Assembly: GCA_964019335.1 (NCBI GenBank)
Contig: OZ025664.1
Coordinates: 434,001 to 498,000, forward strand
Source of the DNA: Diplonema japonicum
Lineage: Eukaryota; Protista; Euglenozoa: Diplonemea
Direction of reading: 5' to 3'
Length of the DNA: 64,000 nucleotides
A program made the translations under genes and the position numbers. Of the stretch, positions 53,277 through 64,000 are shown piece by piece (within the stretch, counting starts at the first letter, position 1; each line of letters opens with the position of its first letter). The notes below the pieces were generated by a model that was given only the letters and a program-made list of their open reading frames with translations, did not search any database and was not told where the DNA came from.

Positions 53277-54012
53277 AAAATAGCTATTTACTGCCAACAA
53301 ATAATGACTTTACCGTTACCTCGAGGTTCCGCATTTTACCGTCGAGGGCCCGAGATGGTAAAATGCGGAGCCGAGAGGTCGGTAAAGCATTACTTGGCGG
53401 TAGGTAAGTGGTTTTATTTCACGACACTCTGAAATTACTTCACCACGAGGGGCACAACAGGGTGACAAGGGGTACAACAAGAGAGGGGTTACAAAGGTTA
53501 CAATACAAGTTGTTTTTCCTCCTTTTGTTGACTAAGAGCTGCCGCTGTCGCTGGCATTGCCACTGTCACCATCTCTAATCAGGCCTTCTCATACCTGGCG
53601 CGGCCGCTGGCTCCTTTTTTTCTGCTGCTTCGGTATTTTGAAGTCATTTGGGGAGCTTGGGTAAGCTGACTAAGTTACCCTTACCCACAGAAGAGTTACC
53701 CCCAGAAACTGGGTACAAGGCCTAGCCAAAAGTGGGCAAATTGGGAGGAAAAAGTAGTCCAACTTGGAACTGAGCCGAGGCAAAAGTTGGCCAATTGAGC
53801 TGAACCTGGGGGGAAATTAGCAAACTGAGAGGAAAAAGTAGCCCCACTGGGAACCGAACCGAGGCAAAAATTGGCCTACCGAGGCATATTATTTAACGGA
53901 AACCCCCTATTACTTCACGGAAAACAGGCCATTATTTCACCGTGAAGTAATGAGATTTAGCAAGTAATGGGCCCCCCAGTGCGTGAAGTAATTTCTGAAG
54001 AGTGAAATAAAA
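53277..54012. mobile_element. Non-autonomous element: terminal palindrome, inverted repeats and internal direct repeats, inserted in a poly-A tract
   Basis: Fold-back 53285-53407 (core CTTTACCG..CCGCATTTTACC / GGTAAAATGCGG..CGGTAAAG). IRs 53412-53443 (TTTTATTTCAC..GAAATTACTTCAC) and 53983-54012. ~84-bp direct repeat GCAAA.TG.GAGGAAAAAGTAG...CCGAGGCAAAA.TTGGCC (53736-53792 / 53820-53876). Confidence 0.8.
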
Positions 54013-54090
54013 AAAAAAAAAAAAGAAGAAGAAGAAATAAACAATAGACGGAGGGGAAAAAATAAAACAAACAAACACAAAAGAAAGAAA

Positions 54091-55407
54091 ATGAAGATAA
54101 TAGGCCTGGCAGGGGCAAGCGGGAGTACAGAAGCAGAAGGGTGCAGCGCGACCAATGCACTACAAGACGATGCGAGCGCATTTAAAGTGAAGGAGGAGAA
54201 CGGGGAAGGGAGCTGGTCCTGCAGTTTGAAAGGGTTTGTGGAGGACCCCATCTGCCTAGTGCAACTGCATGTTGCGACGGAGGGCGGGCTCTCCGGGGTC
54301 GTCTTGGATATCATGGCCGACGCCACAAACAGCCTATGGTCATCACCTATCCAGATACCGACAAACCACACAATACTCCACATACACGTACCCAACATCA
54401 AGGGAAGGAGGCTTCGCGTCCGCATGATAAAAGAATATTCAACAACGGGAATCTTGACCTTCCGATATGTTCAGTGCCACATTGCGAAGGGCGGGAAAAA
54501 GTACAGGTTGTCGAGAAGCATACTGACAATCGACAAGTTTTCCGTAGCACAGCCGTTTAGTCTAACAGATCTGGCTCATTCTACTGCATATGGAAATCTT
54601 TTCACAACATCGGCGTGCTACGAGCTATCTACGCAAGAATCTCAACAAGATGAACGAGAACAGGAAGCTTTGAACTTAACGCATCACCTCTCTGGTATCT
54701 GGGATGGTGCGAGTTTCAACCACGGGTCTCACCTCGGCACAGTGCGTGTGGTGTTCCTGGCGATCATCGAAAGTGTGAAGCAAATCTTCCTCAATGAGCC
54801 GAAGTTGCTTGATATCCATGCCCCCTCGTACGTCTTTGGTGATATCCACGGGAACTTCCAAGATTTGCTTTATTTCATGTCAAACTTGATCCCGTTCAAG
54901 CACATTAAGTACAGCTCGCACAATTATTTGTTCCTGGGGGATTATGTTGATAGAGGCCGTCATGATGTGGAGTGCCTTGCGTACCTCTTCGCGTTGAAGG
55001 TACAAGCCCCTCACAAAATCTTTCTTTGCCGGGGAAACCACGAGGATAGAAAGCAGAACTGCAAGCTCGAGGAATCTTTCCTCAAGCACTGCACTGCGCT
55101 CTTTGGAAAGACCGACGGCCATGAGGTGTGGGTGAAGTGCAACGAAGTTTTTGACGTGATGCCTTTATGTGCGGTTGTGGGAGAAAAGCTTTTCGCTTGC
55201 CATGGAGGCGTCCCACGGATGCCTTGTGATGACCAAGGGAAACAGCTTCCAATTCGGCCGTTTATGGCAAAGATGCCTAAGAAGATCGACACCATTTGCG
55301 ATAGTGAAGATGTTTATCAGCAGATGGCGTGTGATTTGCTATGGGCAGATCCAGCACAAGATAGAGATGTTGAAGGCTTTGAATGGTATGGTGGAAGAAA
55401 AAGAGAG

Positions 55408-55443
<36 letters not shown>

Positions 55444-55709
55444 GCAACGAGGCTCGGGGGTGTTCGACTGTCTTTGGCCAGGCGGCCGTAGAAGAATTTC
55501 TTGATGCCAATGGTTTTGAGTGCTTGTTCAGGGCGCACCAATGTTTCTCCTTCGGGGTGAACATAAGCAAGTGTGCCAAGGTGATCACCCTCTTCACATC
55601 TTCTAACTACTGCGACAACAACTCTTGTGCAGGGTGCGCGTTAGTCACAGGTGACCATAAGATATTACTTTTGATGAAAGAGCACTCGCCAGCGATTGCG
55701 AAAAAATGA
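54091..55709 (+). CDS. PPP-family Ser/Thr protein phosphatase with N-terminal extension; intron 55386-55444
   Basis: GDIHG, GDYVDRG, RGNHE, CHGG, DLLWADP, RAHQ, TLFTSSNYC. Confidence 0.93.
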
Positions 55710-56884
55710 GCCTTTTTTCTCTTTTTTTTTTTTTTTTTTTCCCCTTTTTTGCGATGAACTTTCGGAGGGGGGAGTAGACCAGATGCAGATTTTTTATCTT
55801 CAAACACAAAAAAAAAACACTTTTTTTTACCTACGCTTTGGCTTTTTTTTTTTTTTTTTCTCTTTTTTTTCCACCCCGTTACTTTTTAAAGGGAATTTGG
55901 CTAAATTTTTATTTTTCTGCCTTCCTGAAAGGAGGGGAAACTTTACGAGTTCACTATATTAAAAAAAAAAAAAGATTCTTCCCTTAGCAACCAATGCTGG
56001 GGAACCGACTTGTTTTTTTCTGTTCTAATACTGCATGAAAACAAAAAAAAAGAGAGAGGGGAAAAGAAAAAGGAGGGGGAGGGGGGAAACCCGCCTTTAT
56101 ATGTAAATTGTAAATTGTCGTCTTCTCTCTTTTCAAATCATATCCTTCCTTTTCCCCAATGTACCTATTTCTTCTTCTTCTTCTTTTCCTTTTCTTTAAA
56201 TATTTTATTAGAGAGAGGCTTTGGAGCCCCTCCCCTCTCCTTCTATGTTGACTGTATTGCAGTCCATCAAGTATTCAATGTGGGCCTATGAAGGTCCTCA
56301 CATTTGAGCAATAATGAGAATAAAATAATGAAAGAAGTTGGAATGAGGTGAAAAAGAGAAAAAAAAATAAAAAGAGGGGGGGGGTAAACAAAACGCGCAC
56401 CTTTTTACGTGAAAGAAACTATTAAAAAGAGAAATAAAAAAGGGTGAGGAAAAAAAAAACAAAAAATTGAAAAAAAAAGAAAAAGAAAATGCCAAGGACA
56501 AACAAAAACAAACAAAAAAAAAAGAAATAATAAAGTGTACCTGCAATTCTTACATCCCCCCCCCCCCCCCCCCATGTCTCCACATATTTTTATAACAACA
56601 GCAACAAAAAGAAAACCTCCCCCAATCGCTGTCCCACCCTCTCCTTTTTTTTTTTTAACTACCGTTAGCCGAAGTTATACCTTCGCCATGGAAGCGGATA
56701 AAGCCTGAGCTTATATTTGCAACATGGATTCGCAGGCCAGGCGCGAAAAAGACCCGGACGGATAGATTCTTGAATCAAGTAGCGTTGAGGACAAAGGCCC
56801 TGAATGAGCCCGTGTTGTTTTGTGCCCCTTGCAACGCCCTGCTAAACTACCCAGTTTCTTCCCAGAATACACAAAAAAAAAAAA

Positions 56885-58210
56885 ATGCCAGTATCGCGAG
56901 GAGGGGTAAGTAGAGAGGTGCCGGTGTGTTACAAGCCGCCACCTGTCCCTCATAGTAAAGTCGATGAACTATCTGACGATTCAGAAACGGAGAGCACATG
57001 GAGCAGCAGCACATCATCAAGCAGCAGCACAAGCTCGGGCTCCAGAGACGTGTCCACAGGTACTTCATACAACACATCGTCTTGCACTGCACGGACGGGG
57101 TGCACGTTTCAACCGAAAATCACAAATGTGGCGAGAGAACTGTGTGGTAGGAACCCCGACAAGTGGGAGAAGAAGCTGTACTATGAGGAGATGTGCACGC
57201 GTTCTGAGCGAAAGCGGGAGAACCACCTCCTGCGCCGCCTCGCGCAGCAACGCGAAGACGAGGAGTTGAAAGAATGCACCTTCGCTCCCAAAGTCCTGGA
57301 GAATACCTTTCAAAAGCTCCGCGACCCGTCGCAAGTGTTCTGCACTCTGTACGACGATGCCGTGCAACGAGAGAAGCTTCGGAAGTACGCACTTCTCAAA
57401 AAAAAACAACAACAAGAACGCGAAGACAGAATCGCCTGCATGCTTGGTACAAAACGGGCCAGAGTGAAAGGCGTGTCTGGTTTAAAAACCACCCTCGAGG
57501 CAGGTGCTAGGCTGCACAACGATGCCAAGAAACGGGACGCGAAGACAAAAGAGAAGCAAAAGGAACAGGAAACCGCGCTTCTATCCAAACAGCTCTCTCA
57601 CGACAAAAAGATCCACGCCGTGCCCAACGAGAAGCTCCCATGGGAGCGATGGTACGAGAAGGGCCTCGCAAAGCAACAGGAACGAAACACCAAAATGATG
57701 ACCGTCCGAACAAACGCGTGGCGGGAAAACCATGTCAAACGAAAATCAAGCGTCGAAGTCTTCGACAGACTGCACAGGGACAGGGATGTCAGGGTCACGA
57801 AAGATGAAATGGACGCGGAATGCACATTTAAACCAGAGATCCGAGAGCTTCCCAACAACATAAGAAGGGAGAGGGAGGCGTACAAAAGGGATCAAGAGGA
57901 ACGTGAAGAGAGAAGAACAGCCATGAGGAGAGAACGTCGCCAGATGAAGCTCAACAAGAAGCTCCTCGCACGGTACTATGACGCTTACGCAGAGCACAGC
58001 ATCACGCCTCCTGTCGTGCCTCCACCGCATGTATTCTACCACGAGAAACTTGCTTCGATAGAGTTCGTAGACGAGATGTGCTGCCCCATCCCATCCCCAT
58101 GCGACAGGCCCCCTTTGCCCCCGCAGCATAGAAAGCAGTCCGACTCCTACTCCAGCGAGGAGTCCCATCCGGAGAACGTCACAGATGAAGATGTCTCTGA
58201 CGAGAATTAG
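56885..58210 (+). CDS. Hypothetical coiled-coil protein with CTFxPxI repeats (probably cytoskeletal)
   Basis: 441-aa ORF; GCTFQPKI, ECTFAPKV and ECTFKPEI alternate with (V)F..LY/LH helices. Confidence 0.8.
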   Translation: MPVSRGGVSREVPVCYKPPPVPHSKVDELSDDSETESTWSSSTSSSSSTSSGSRDVSTGTSYNTSSCTARTGCTFQPKITNVARELCGRNPDKWEKKLYYEEMCTRSERKRENHLLRRLAQQREDEELKECTFAPKVLENTFQKLRDPSQVFCTLYDDAVQREKLRKYALLKKKQQQEREDRIACMLGTKRARVKGVSGLKTTLEAGARLHNDAKKRDAKTKEKQKEQETALLSKQLSHDKKIHAVPNEKLPWERWYEKGLAKQQERNTKMMTVRTNAWRENHVKRKSSVEVFDRLHRDRDVRVTKDEMDAECTFKPEIRELPNNIRREREAYKRDQEEREERRTAMRRERRQMKLNKKLLARYYDAYAEHSITPPVVPPPHVFYHEKLASIEFVDEMCCPIPSPCDRPPLPPQHRKQSDSYSSEESHPENVTDEDVSDEN

Positions 58211-58390
58211 ATTTAAAGAAAAGAGATGAAAGTAAAGGGAAAGTAAAAACAAACCCCCCCCTCCCCCCCTCCTGTATAACAAAGGAAGGACCACGCACAC
58301 CACGTGTACATATTAGTTATTATCGCTGATAGTTGTTTTTTTTTTTTAATTGGTAAACCTGTCACCACACCAAAGGGTGGTGGGTTAAAG

Positions 58391-59455
58391 ATGACCGAAG
58401 ACGGTGGTGCGAGCGAAAGGGTGTCGCTGAGAAGCTCTAAGTCATTGAGGAGCACTAAAAGCGCAAGTTCGACACGGTCGAGGGGGTCCTTCGGGGCGGG
58501 AACATACGAAGTGGGCATGGAGCACCTGCCGCAAGGGTGGAAGGTGCAGCGGAGTAAGAAGTACGGGCGGTTTTTCTATGTAGACACGGGCTCCGGGAAG
58601 GCGGTTTGGAAGAAGCCGACAGAAGTCGCCCCAGGGTTCTTAAGGAAGGCAGGTCCGAGGGGGTTACTGACTGCATATCAGACGAATTATCCACTCAAAA
58701 ACCTTGACACAAGGGGACCTGAAGTCGTGCGGGCCGTAGGCAGAGCGGTGAAAGGTCTGCGAGGGTGTTGGAGAGGCCCAGCAGATCCTTCACAAGAGAA
58801 AACTGCTGATAATTACGTATCGGTGTCGAAGGCAACGTTCACAGCGAAGAACTTCGACTTCGATCCGAAACACCACAAACTGCGTCCTGCACCTCCAGAT
58901 GCAAGACCTGAACACCATGAGTTCGATGGGAACACCACCAACAATGACTTCTTCAAAGGGGAGCAGCCAAAGCGCGCCGCAAAGAAAACCTACACTGACA
59001 GGCCTCCCATTTCCATCCCAAAGCCTACCCCTCTCTCTACTGAGACTACAAACAATGCCATTTACACCGCATACTGCGGGCCGTCCCTCCGCCCCCGCCT
59101 CCTCCGGCCCGCAGTCAAGACCGTCAGAACATCACCTTTCACGGCCACCACGCACTACCAAGCTGCCTTCAATGAGGAAGCATACGAGATCCCTCGCTTC
59201 TGCAGGCTCAAGCGGCAGCATTGGACGCCTCCCGAGAGGAAATGTTTGGTATGCTTGAAAAGTCATGGGGAAAAGAGGGGAAAACAATAACGTTAACAGT
59301 ATAAAGAAACCCGCAACTTCGAAACCACCCAAGAGGCCATGGCCAGGCAGATATGCGAGAACCCCGACGTTGACTTTGTTCAGTCGCGGCACTGCTTGAA
59401 CCATGCGTGGAGAGGCCCCGAGAGCGGCTGGGACATGGGCACGCCTGAGCCGTGA
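58391..59455 (+). CDS. WW-domain protein with SAXO/STOP-like TTxxxxF/Y motifs; intron 59249-59299
   Basis: LPQGWKVQRSKKYGRFFYVDTGSGKAVWKKP (WW); FDGNTTNNDFF, TETTNNAIY, FTATTHYQAAF, RNFETTQ. Confidence 0.78.
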
Positions 59456-59614
59456 GGAGATCCGTCGCGATGTAATAGTTCAGTTTAACTCCCTCATTCC
59501 TCACCTTTGCTTACTTCCGTTAAGTTCCCGTTCCTCCTAGTATTTTACACGGTTTTTTTTTTTTCTCCGTTAACCCGGTACTTTGAATTAACACCCACCA
59601 GGGCAAAGGGCGAG

Positions 59615-62600
59615 ATGCGGAGCAGCATTCGCGAGACACGGCCGAAGGCGGTAGAGGAAGAACCTGCATATCAGTCCTTCTGGTCGAGACTGACATACAC
59701 CTATGCGAGCGACACGCTACAGCTAGGGTCAGAAAGGCCACTGGAGGCAGATGATATCCCGCACTTGCACCCACGGTTTGAGGTGAAGCTGGCGCACAAG
59801 CAGTTTGCAGATGCGTGGAGCCAAGAGCTGAGGGGGGACGCCCCTAGTGTGGCGATGGCGATGCGGCATTGTTTTGAGGAGAGATTCATGGACAGCGTGA
59901 CGTTGGAGTTTTTAGAAATCTTGCTAGGGTTCGTGGGGCCGCTGGCATTGAAGGCCGTGATCGGGTTCACCGCTGACAAGACGCGACCCGTAAGTGAGGG
60001 AGTGGCGTTAGTGTTCCTGCTTTTCTGCTCGTCGATCGTGAAGGGTCTCAGTGCGTCATGGACTCTGCAGATCACGACCTCTGTCGGTATGGATGTGCAC
60101 AGCGCTGTCGTTGCCGCTATCTACCGCAAAGCCCTGAAGCTCTCCCCCGCTACCAAGTACACTAAGGGCTCCATCGTGAACATCCAGTCAAACGACGCCC
60201 TGCGTATGGCAAACATCGTTTCCGCACTCAACGTGGTGTGGACGGCACCCCTTACCATCTTTGTAGCCTTGGTCCTGCTCATTCAAAACGTCGGTGCTGC
60301 ATCCTTCGCGGGCCTTGCCTTCATGCTGTTGTTGGTCCCCATCAACGGTATCGCTGTGTCGCAGATGGAAGGGATTCGTATGGAGGTCATTGGGCTTACG
60401 GACTCACGTGTTGCGATGATGAACGAGTTGCTCTCAGGCGTCAGGATCGCGAAGTTCATGTGCCTTGAGGAGCACTTCAAAACGCGGCTGTACGCCATTC
60501 GAAAGAGAGAAATCGAACTGCTCCGTGCCCAGTCGTATTGGCACGCCTTCACCTCTTTCTTAGTTTTCATCACCCCTACTGTGACGTCCATGTTCACATT
60601 CGTCACCTATGCCGCGCTGGGGAACGAGCTGGATGCCCGTGCTATCTTTACTGCTCTGTCGCTGTTCAACCTGCTCCGTGTCCCTCTCTCCTTCCTCCCC
60701 ATCGTCATCTTCAGTATGATCGAGTCCACAGTTGCGCTGGAGCGTATCCAGGACTTCCTCACTTCGTCTGAGATCAACCCCGAAGCCATTGAACGCAGTG
60801 CCCCACGCTCGGACATCATCATCAAGAATGGGTCCTTCACATGGGAGACAGATGACAATGCGACTGTCGTGCTTGGCAGCGAGAAGCCCATCGACCTCAC
60901 GATCCGCAGCGGGGACCTGTGCCTCATTGTGGGGAAGGTAGGGAGTGGGAAGTCATCGCTGCTGGCCACCCTCTCAGGGCAGATCATAAAGCTGACAGGA
61001 CAAGTCACTCTGCCATCAGGGTCTGTTGCCTATTGCCCGCAGCAGGCGTGGCTCGCCAACGACACTGTGCGCGGGAACATTCTCTTTGGCAACGCGTACT
61101 TCAACAGCATGTACAAGCACGTCATCAAGGTCTGCTCGCTTCTTGCAGACCTCGACCTCTTCTCTTCCGGCGACATGACTGAGGTGGGCGAAAAAGGTGT
61201 GACCTTGAGCGGTGGGCAGAGGCAGCGTATCGCCTTAGCGCGGGCAGTTTACTCGAATGCGGATGTCGTGCTGCTGGACGATGTGCTCAGTGCTGTCGAC
61301 CCGCACGTTGCCAGGTCGCTGTTCGAGGAGGTTATACTGGGCGAGCTGAAGGACAAAACGCGTGTGATGGTGACGAACGCCGTGCAGTTTCTGAACAAAG
61401 CAGACCTCATTGTCGTGATGGGTGACAATGGGAACATTTCGTTCTCAGGAACATACCCGGAGCTCCGACAGAGCGGGATGCAACTGGAACAGGTGATCTC
61501 AGACGAAGCACAAGATGCCGAAGAGTTTGTACAAGGGGCAAATGTCAAACGCGAAAAGGAGCTAGAAGAAGAGAAAGCAGAAGACGAAGATGGTGACGGT
61601 GACGGTGACGATGACAAGAACGACGAGGAGGGTGAGACAGGCCAATCCACCCAAGCGGCGGAGGAGCGTGCCCACGGTGCCGTGAGCAACGAGGTGCTTT
61701 TCAGATACATGAGAGCATGCGGTAGCACTCTCTGGTACTTTGGTTTTTTTGTCGTCATTGCAGAGGTGGCGCAGACAACTTCTGATTTGTGGCTGGCTAT
61801 ATGGTCCGATCGCCGCTTGTCTCCGTCACCTGGTACGAACTTCTACCTTGGCATCTACGTGCTGTTGGGGTGTGTTGTTGCTTTGTTGTCATTCTTGCGT
61901 GGTATAGCCGCTGTTGAGTCCGCCGTGCGTGCTTCAAGGATTATGCACGCACAGATGCTTTCATCAGTATTAAGAGTATGTTGTAGTCTATGTATGTACC
62001 CTGTGCAGGCGCCTTCAAGCTTCTTCGATGTCACCCCAATGGGACGGATCCTAACGAGGTTTTCAAAGGATCTTGATTGTATGTTCCCCGAATACCTTAG
62101 AGACACACAGCCCTTGACACCTCCCTCGCCGACGGTCTCAACTCTTTTTTCACAGTCATCTCTATGACGCTTGGCACATTGATTGTGGTTTTGGTTGCCC
62201 TGCCTCTCTTCGTTGTTGTGTTGCTGCCGTTGGGTAACTTCTGTATGGAACAAACTTCTAACTTCTGTTTTTATCCTCCACACAGACCTCAGGGTGATGA
62301 ACTACTACAGAGCAACATCGAGAGAGCTGGCTAGAATCAGTGCCACAGCGTCCAGCCCCATCTACGCCTTTTTCTCGGAATCTCTGAGCGGTGCCTCTTC
62401 GATCCAGAGCTACGCGGTGGTGGAAAGATTCGAGTCGCAGAATGACAGGCTAGTGGACAGGTACCACAGGTGCTACTGGTTCGGCCTCACGGTGAGTAGG
62501 TGGTTGAACGTGCGCCTTGAGTTTTGCGGTGCCATGATAGTGCTAGCTGCTGGTCTGCTTGTTGCATTCTACCGGGACAGCATGGACCCCGGCCAAGTGG

Positions 62601-63547
62601 GGTTGGTGCTGACCTACGGTTTGCAGATGGTCGCAGCGCTTGAAATGATCGTCACGGGTGTGGCCGCTATGGAGACGCAGTTCAACGCAGTTGAGAGGGT
62701 CATCCACTACTCGAGGAACATCCCGCAAGAGGCACCAGCTGTCATAGAGAACAGCAGGCCGCCCTTCGACTGGCTCGAGGCACGCTCTGACGTGCTGCTT
62801 CGCAACGTAAGCATCAAGTACCGCCCCGACCTACCCAACGTGCTGCATGCTGTAAACGTCTTGGTTCCCTCTCGTGCCAAGGCGGGTGTTGTGGGGAGGA
62901 CAGGGTCGGGGAAGTCGAGCTTGTTCCTTGCGCTGCTGCGTATGATGGAAGTACACGCGGGTGAGATCCAAATCGGAGGTGTCTCCATACAGGAGATAGG
63001 GCTGAGGGATCTGCGATCGCGCATTGCCATTGTGCCACAGGAGCCTACGTTATTCAGTGGAACGCTGAGATCGAACCTAGACCCATACGGGGAGTACAGT
63101 GACAGGGAGATATGGGAGAACTTGGAGAAGGCGCACTGCAGGGAAGTGGGAGAGAGGGATGCGGCGAAGTTAGAGGCTATCGTGACGGAGAACGGGGAGA
63201 ACTACTCTGTAGGAGAAAGGCAGCTGCTGTGCTTGGCGAGAGCGTTGCTACGGCGTTGCAAGGTGCTGCTCATGGACGAGGTGACGGCCTCAGTCGACAT
63301 GGCCACAGACGCGCTGATCCAGCAGACTGTGACCCGTGAGTTCGAGGACTGCACGGTGCTGACCATAGCCCATCGCCTCGATACCATCATCACAGGCACA
63401 CATGTCCTCGTGCTTGATCACGGGCGTGTCGCAGAGTTTGGGTCGCCCAAGGAGCTTCTCCAAAACCCCCATGGCACCTTCACTTCTATGGTCACAAGTT
63501 CGGGTCCTGCCACTGCCGACACTCTCCGTAGAAAAGCCGGGCTTTGA
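59615..63547 (+). CDS. ABCC/MRP-type ABC transporter (no TMD0); introns 61976-62008, 62079-62110, 62243-62285
   Basis: NBD1: GKVGSGKS, LSGGQ, LLDD. NBD2: GRTGSGKS, YSVGERQ, LMDE, IAHRL. FFDVTPMGRILTRFSKD. Three 32-43-nt introns join the two track ORFs. Confidence 0.93.
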
Positions 63548-63866
63548 GGGTTCGTTTTCTTCTCTTTCTTTTTTCTTTTTTTTTTTTTTTTTTTTTGGTG
63601 CCAACTCGTAAAAATCTGTTTTTTTGTTTTGTTTTTGTTTTTGTTTTTTGTTTTTTTAGCTGCGCGTTACACAGGTGTTTAAGGAAGCAGCCTTTCCACC
63701 CGATCGGTATCCTTTTCTTCTTTTTTCTATCCGTTCATTCAATTTTTACATCTTTCTTTTTTTTGAGATCTCACATAAAGCCCTATAGTCCGCGGGGAGG
63801 GCAAAAAAAAAAAACAACAACATGCACATTGCGTTATTATGTATGTTAGCGATAATAGCCCAGGTA

Positions 63867-64000
63867 ATGGGGCAGGAGCAGCAAGAACAGCAGAAGCCGG
63901 CTGTCGCATCCGGTGAGGCGAAGGGTGTTGGTGGTGGTGACGCGGGGGCAGCAAAGGCAAAACCACACCCTGTGCAGCAAGGTCTTGTGGGGTCTCCGCT
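63867..64000 (+). CDS. Possible 5' start of a gene running off the window
   Basis: ATG 63867 follows a CAG; MGQEQQEQQKPAVASGEAKG... is open to the window end. Confidence 0.4.
   Translation, partial: MGQEQQEQQKPAVASGEAKGVGGGDAGAAKAKPHPVQQGLVGSP

Noticed and set aside
62079-62285. ABCC gene (and CK2, PPP, PHD) as frameshifted pseudogenes or recoded stops
   Set aside because: Every break is resolved by a short GT-AG intron that restores conserved sequence.

Overview
Eukaryotic (protist) genomic DNA, most consistent with a euglenozoan such as a diplonemid. This is inference: all host genes lie on the + strand over 64 kb, intergenic DNA is homopolymer-rich, introns are tiny GT-AG introns with mostly GTATG donors, and the 5S rRNA is kinetoplastid-like. 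1-30 kb: three apparently identical copies of a ~2,314-aa secreted protein built from ~49 six-cysteine modules, arranged A-B-A-B-A with an 11,110-bp period. The 4.15-kb spacer B holds transposon debris: a hAT transposase pseudogene, a probable LINE 3' fragment and the end of a palindrome/TIR element. 30.9-64 kb: about 17 co-oriented genes, including bL27m-like, ACL5-type thermospermine synthase, CK2 alpha, OSTC, SpoU methylase, a bacterial-type PAS/Zn/receiver protein, GT54/MGAT4, an EGLN-like dioxygenase, a PPP phosphatase, a WW/SAXO-like protein and an ABCC transporter. Most notable: the OSTC intron is expanded from ~55 nt to 1,580 nt by an element inserted in its poly(A) tract. The element has a 120-bp terminal palindrome, ~37-bp inverted repeats, a decayed tyrosine-recombinase gene (YTGHAYRR...GWKSD), an intact 5S rRNA gene and several tRNA-like Pol III boxes. 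A second element with the same end architecture and terminal motif lies at 53.3-54.0 kb, with a fragment at 8.4/19.5 kb. Together these suggest a family of poly(A)-targeting, tyrosine-recombinase-related mobile elements that can carry 5S genes. All calls were read by eye; no searches were run.
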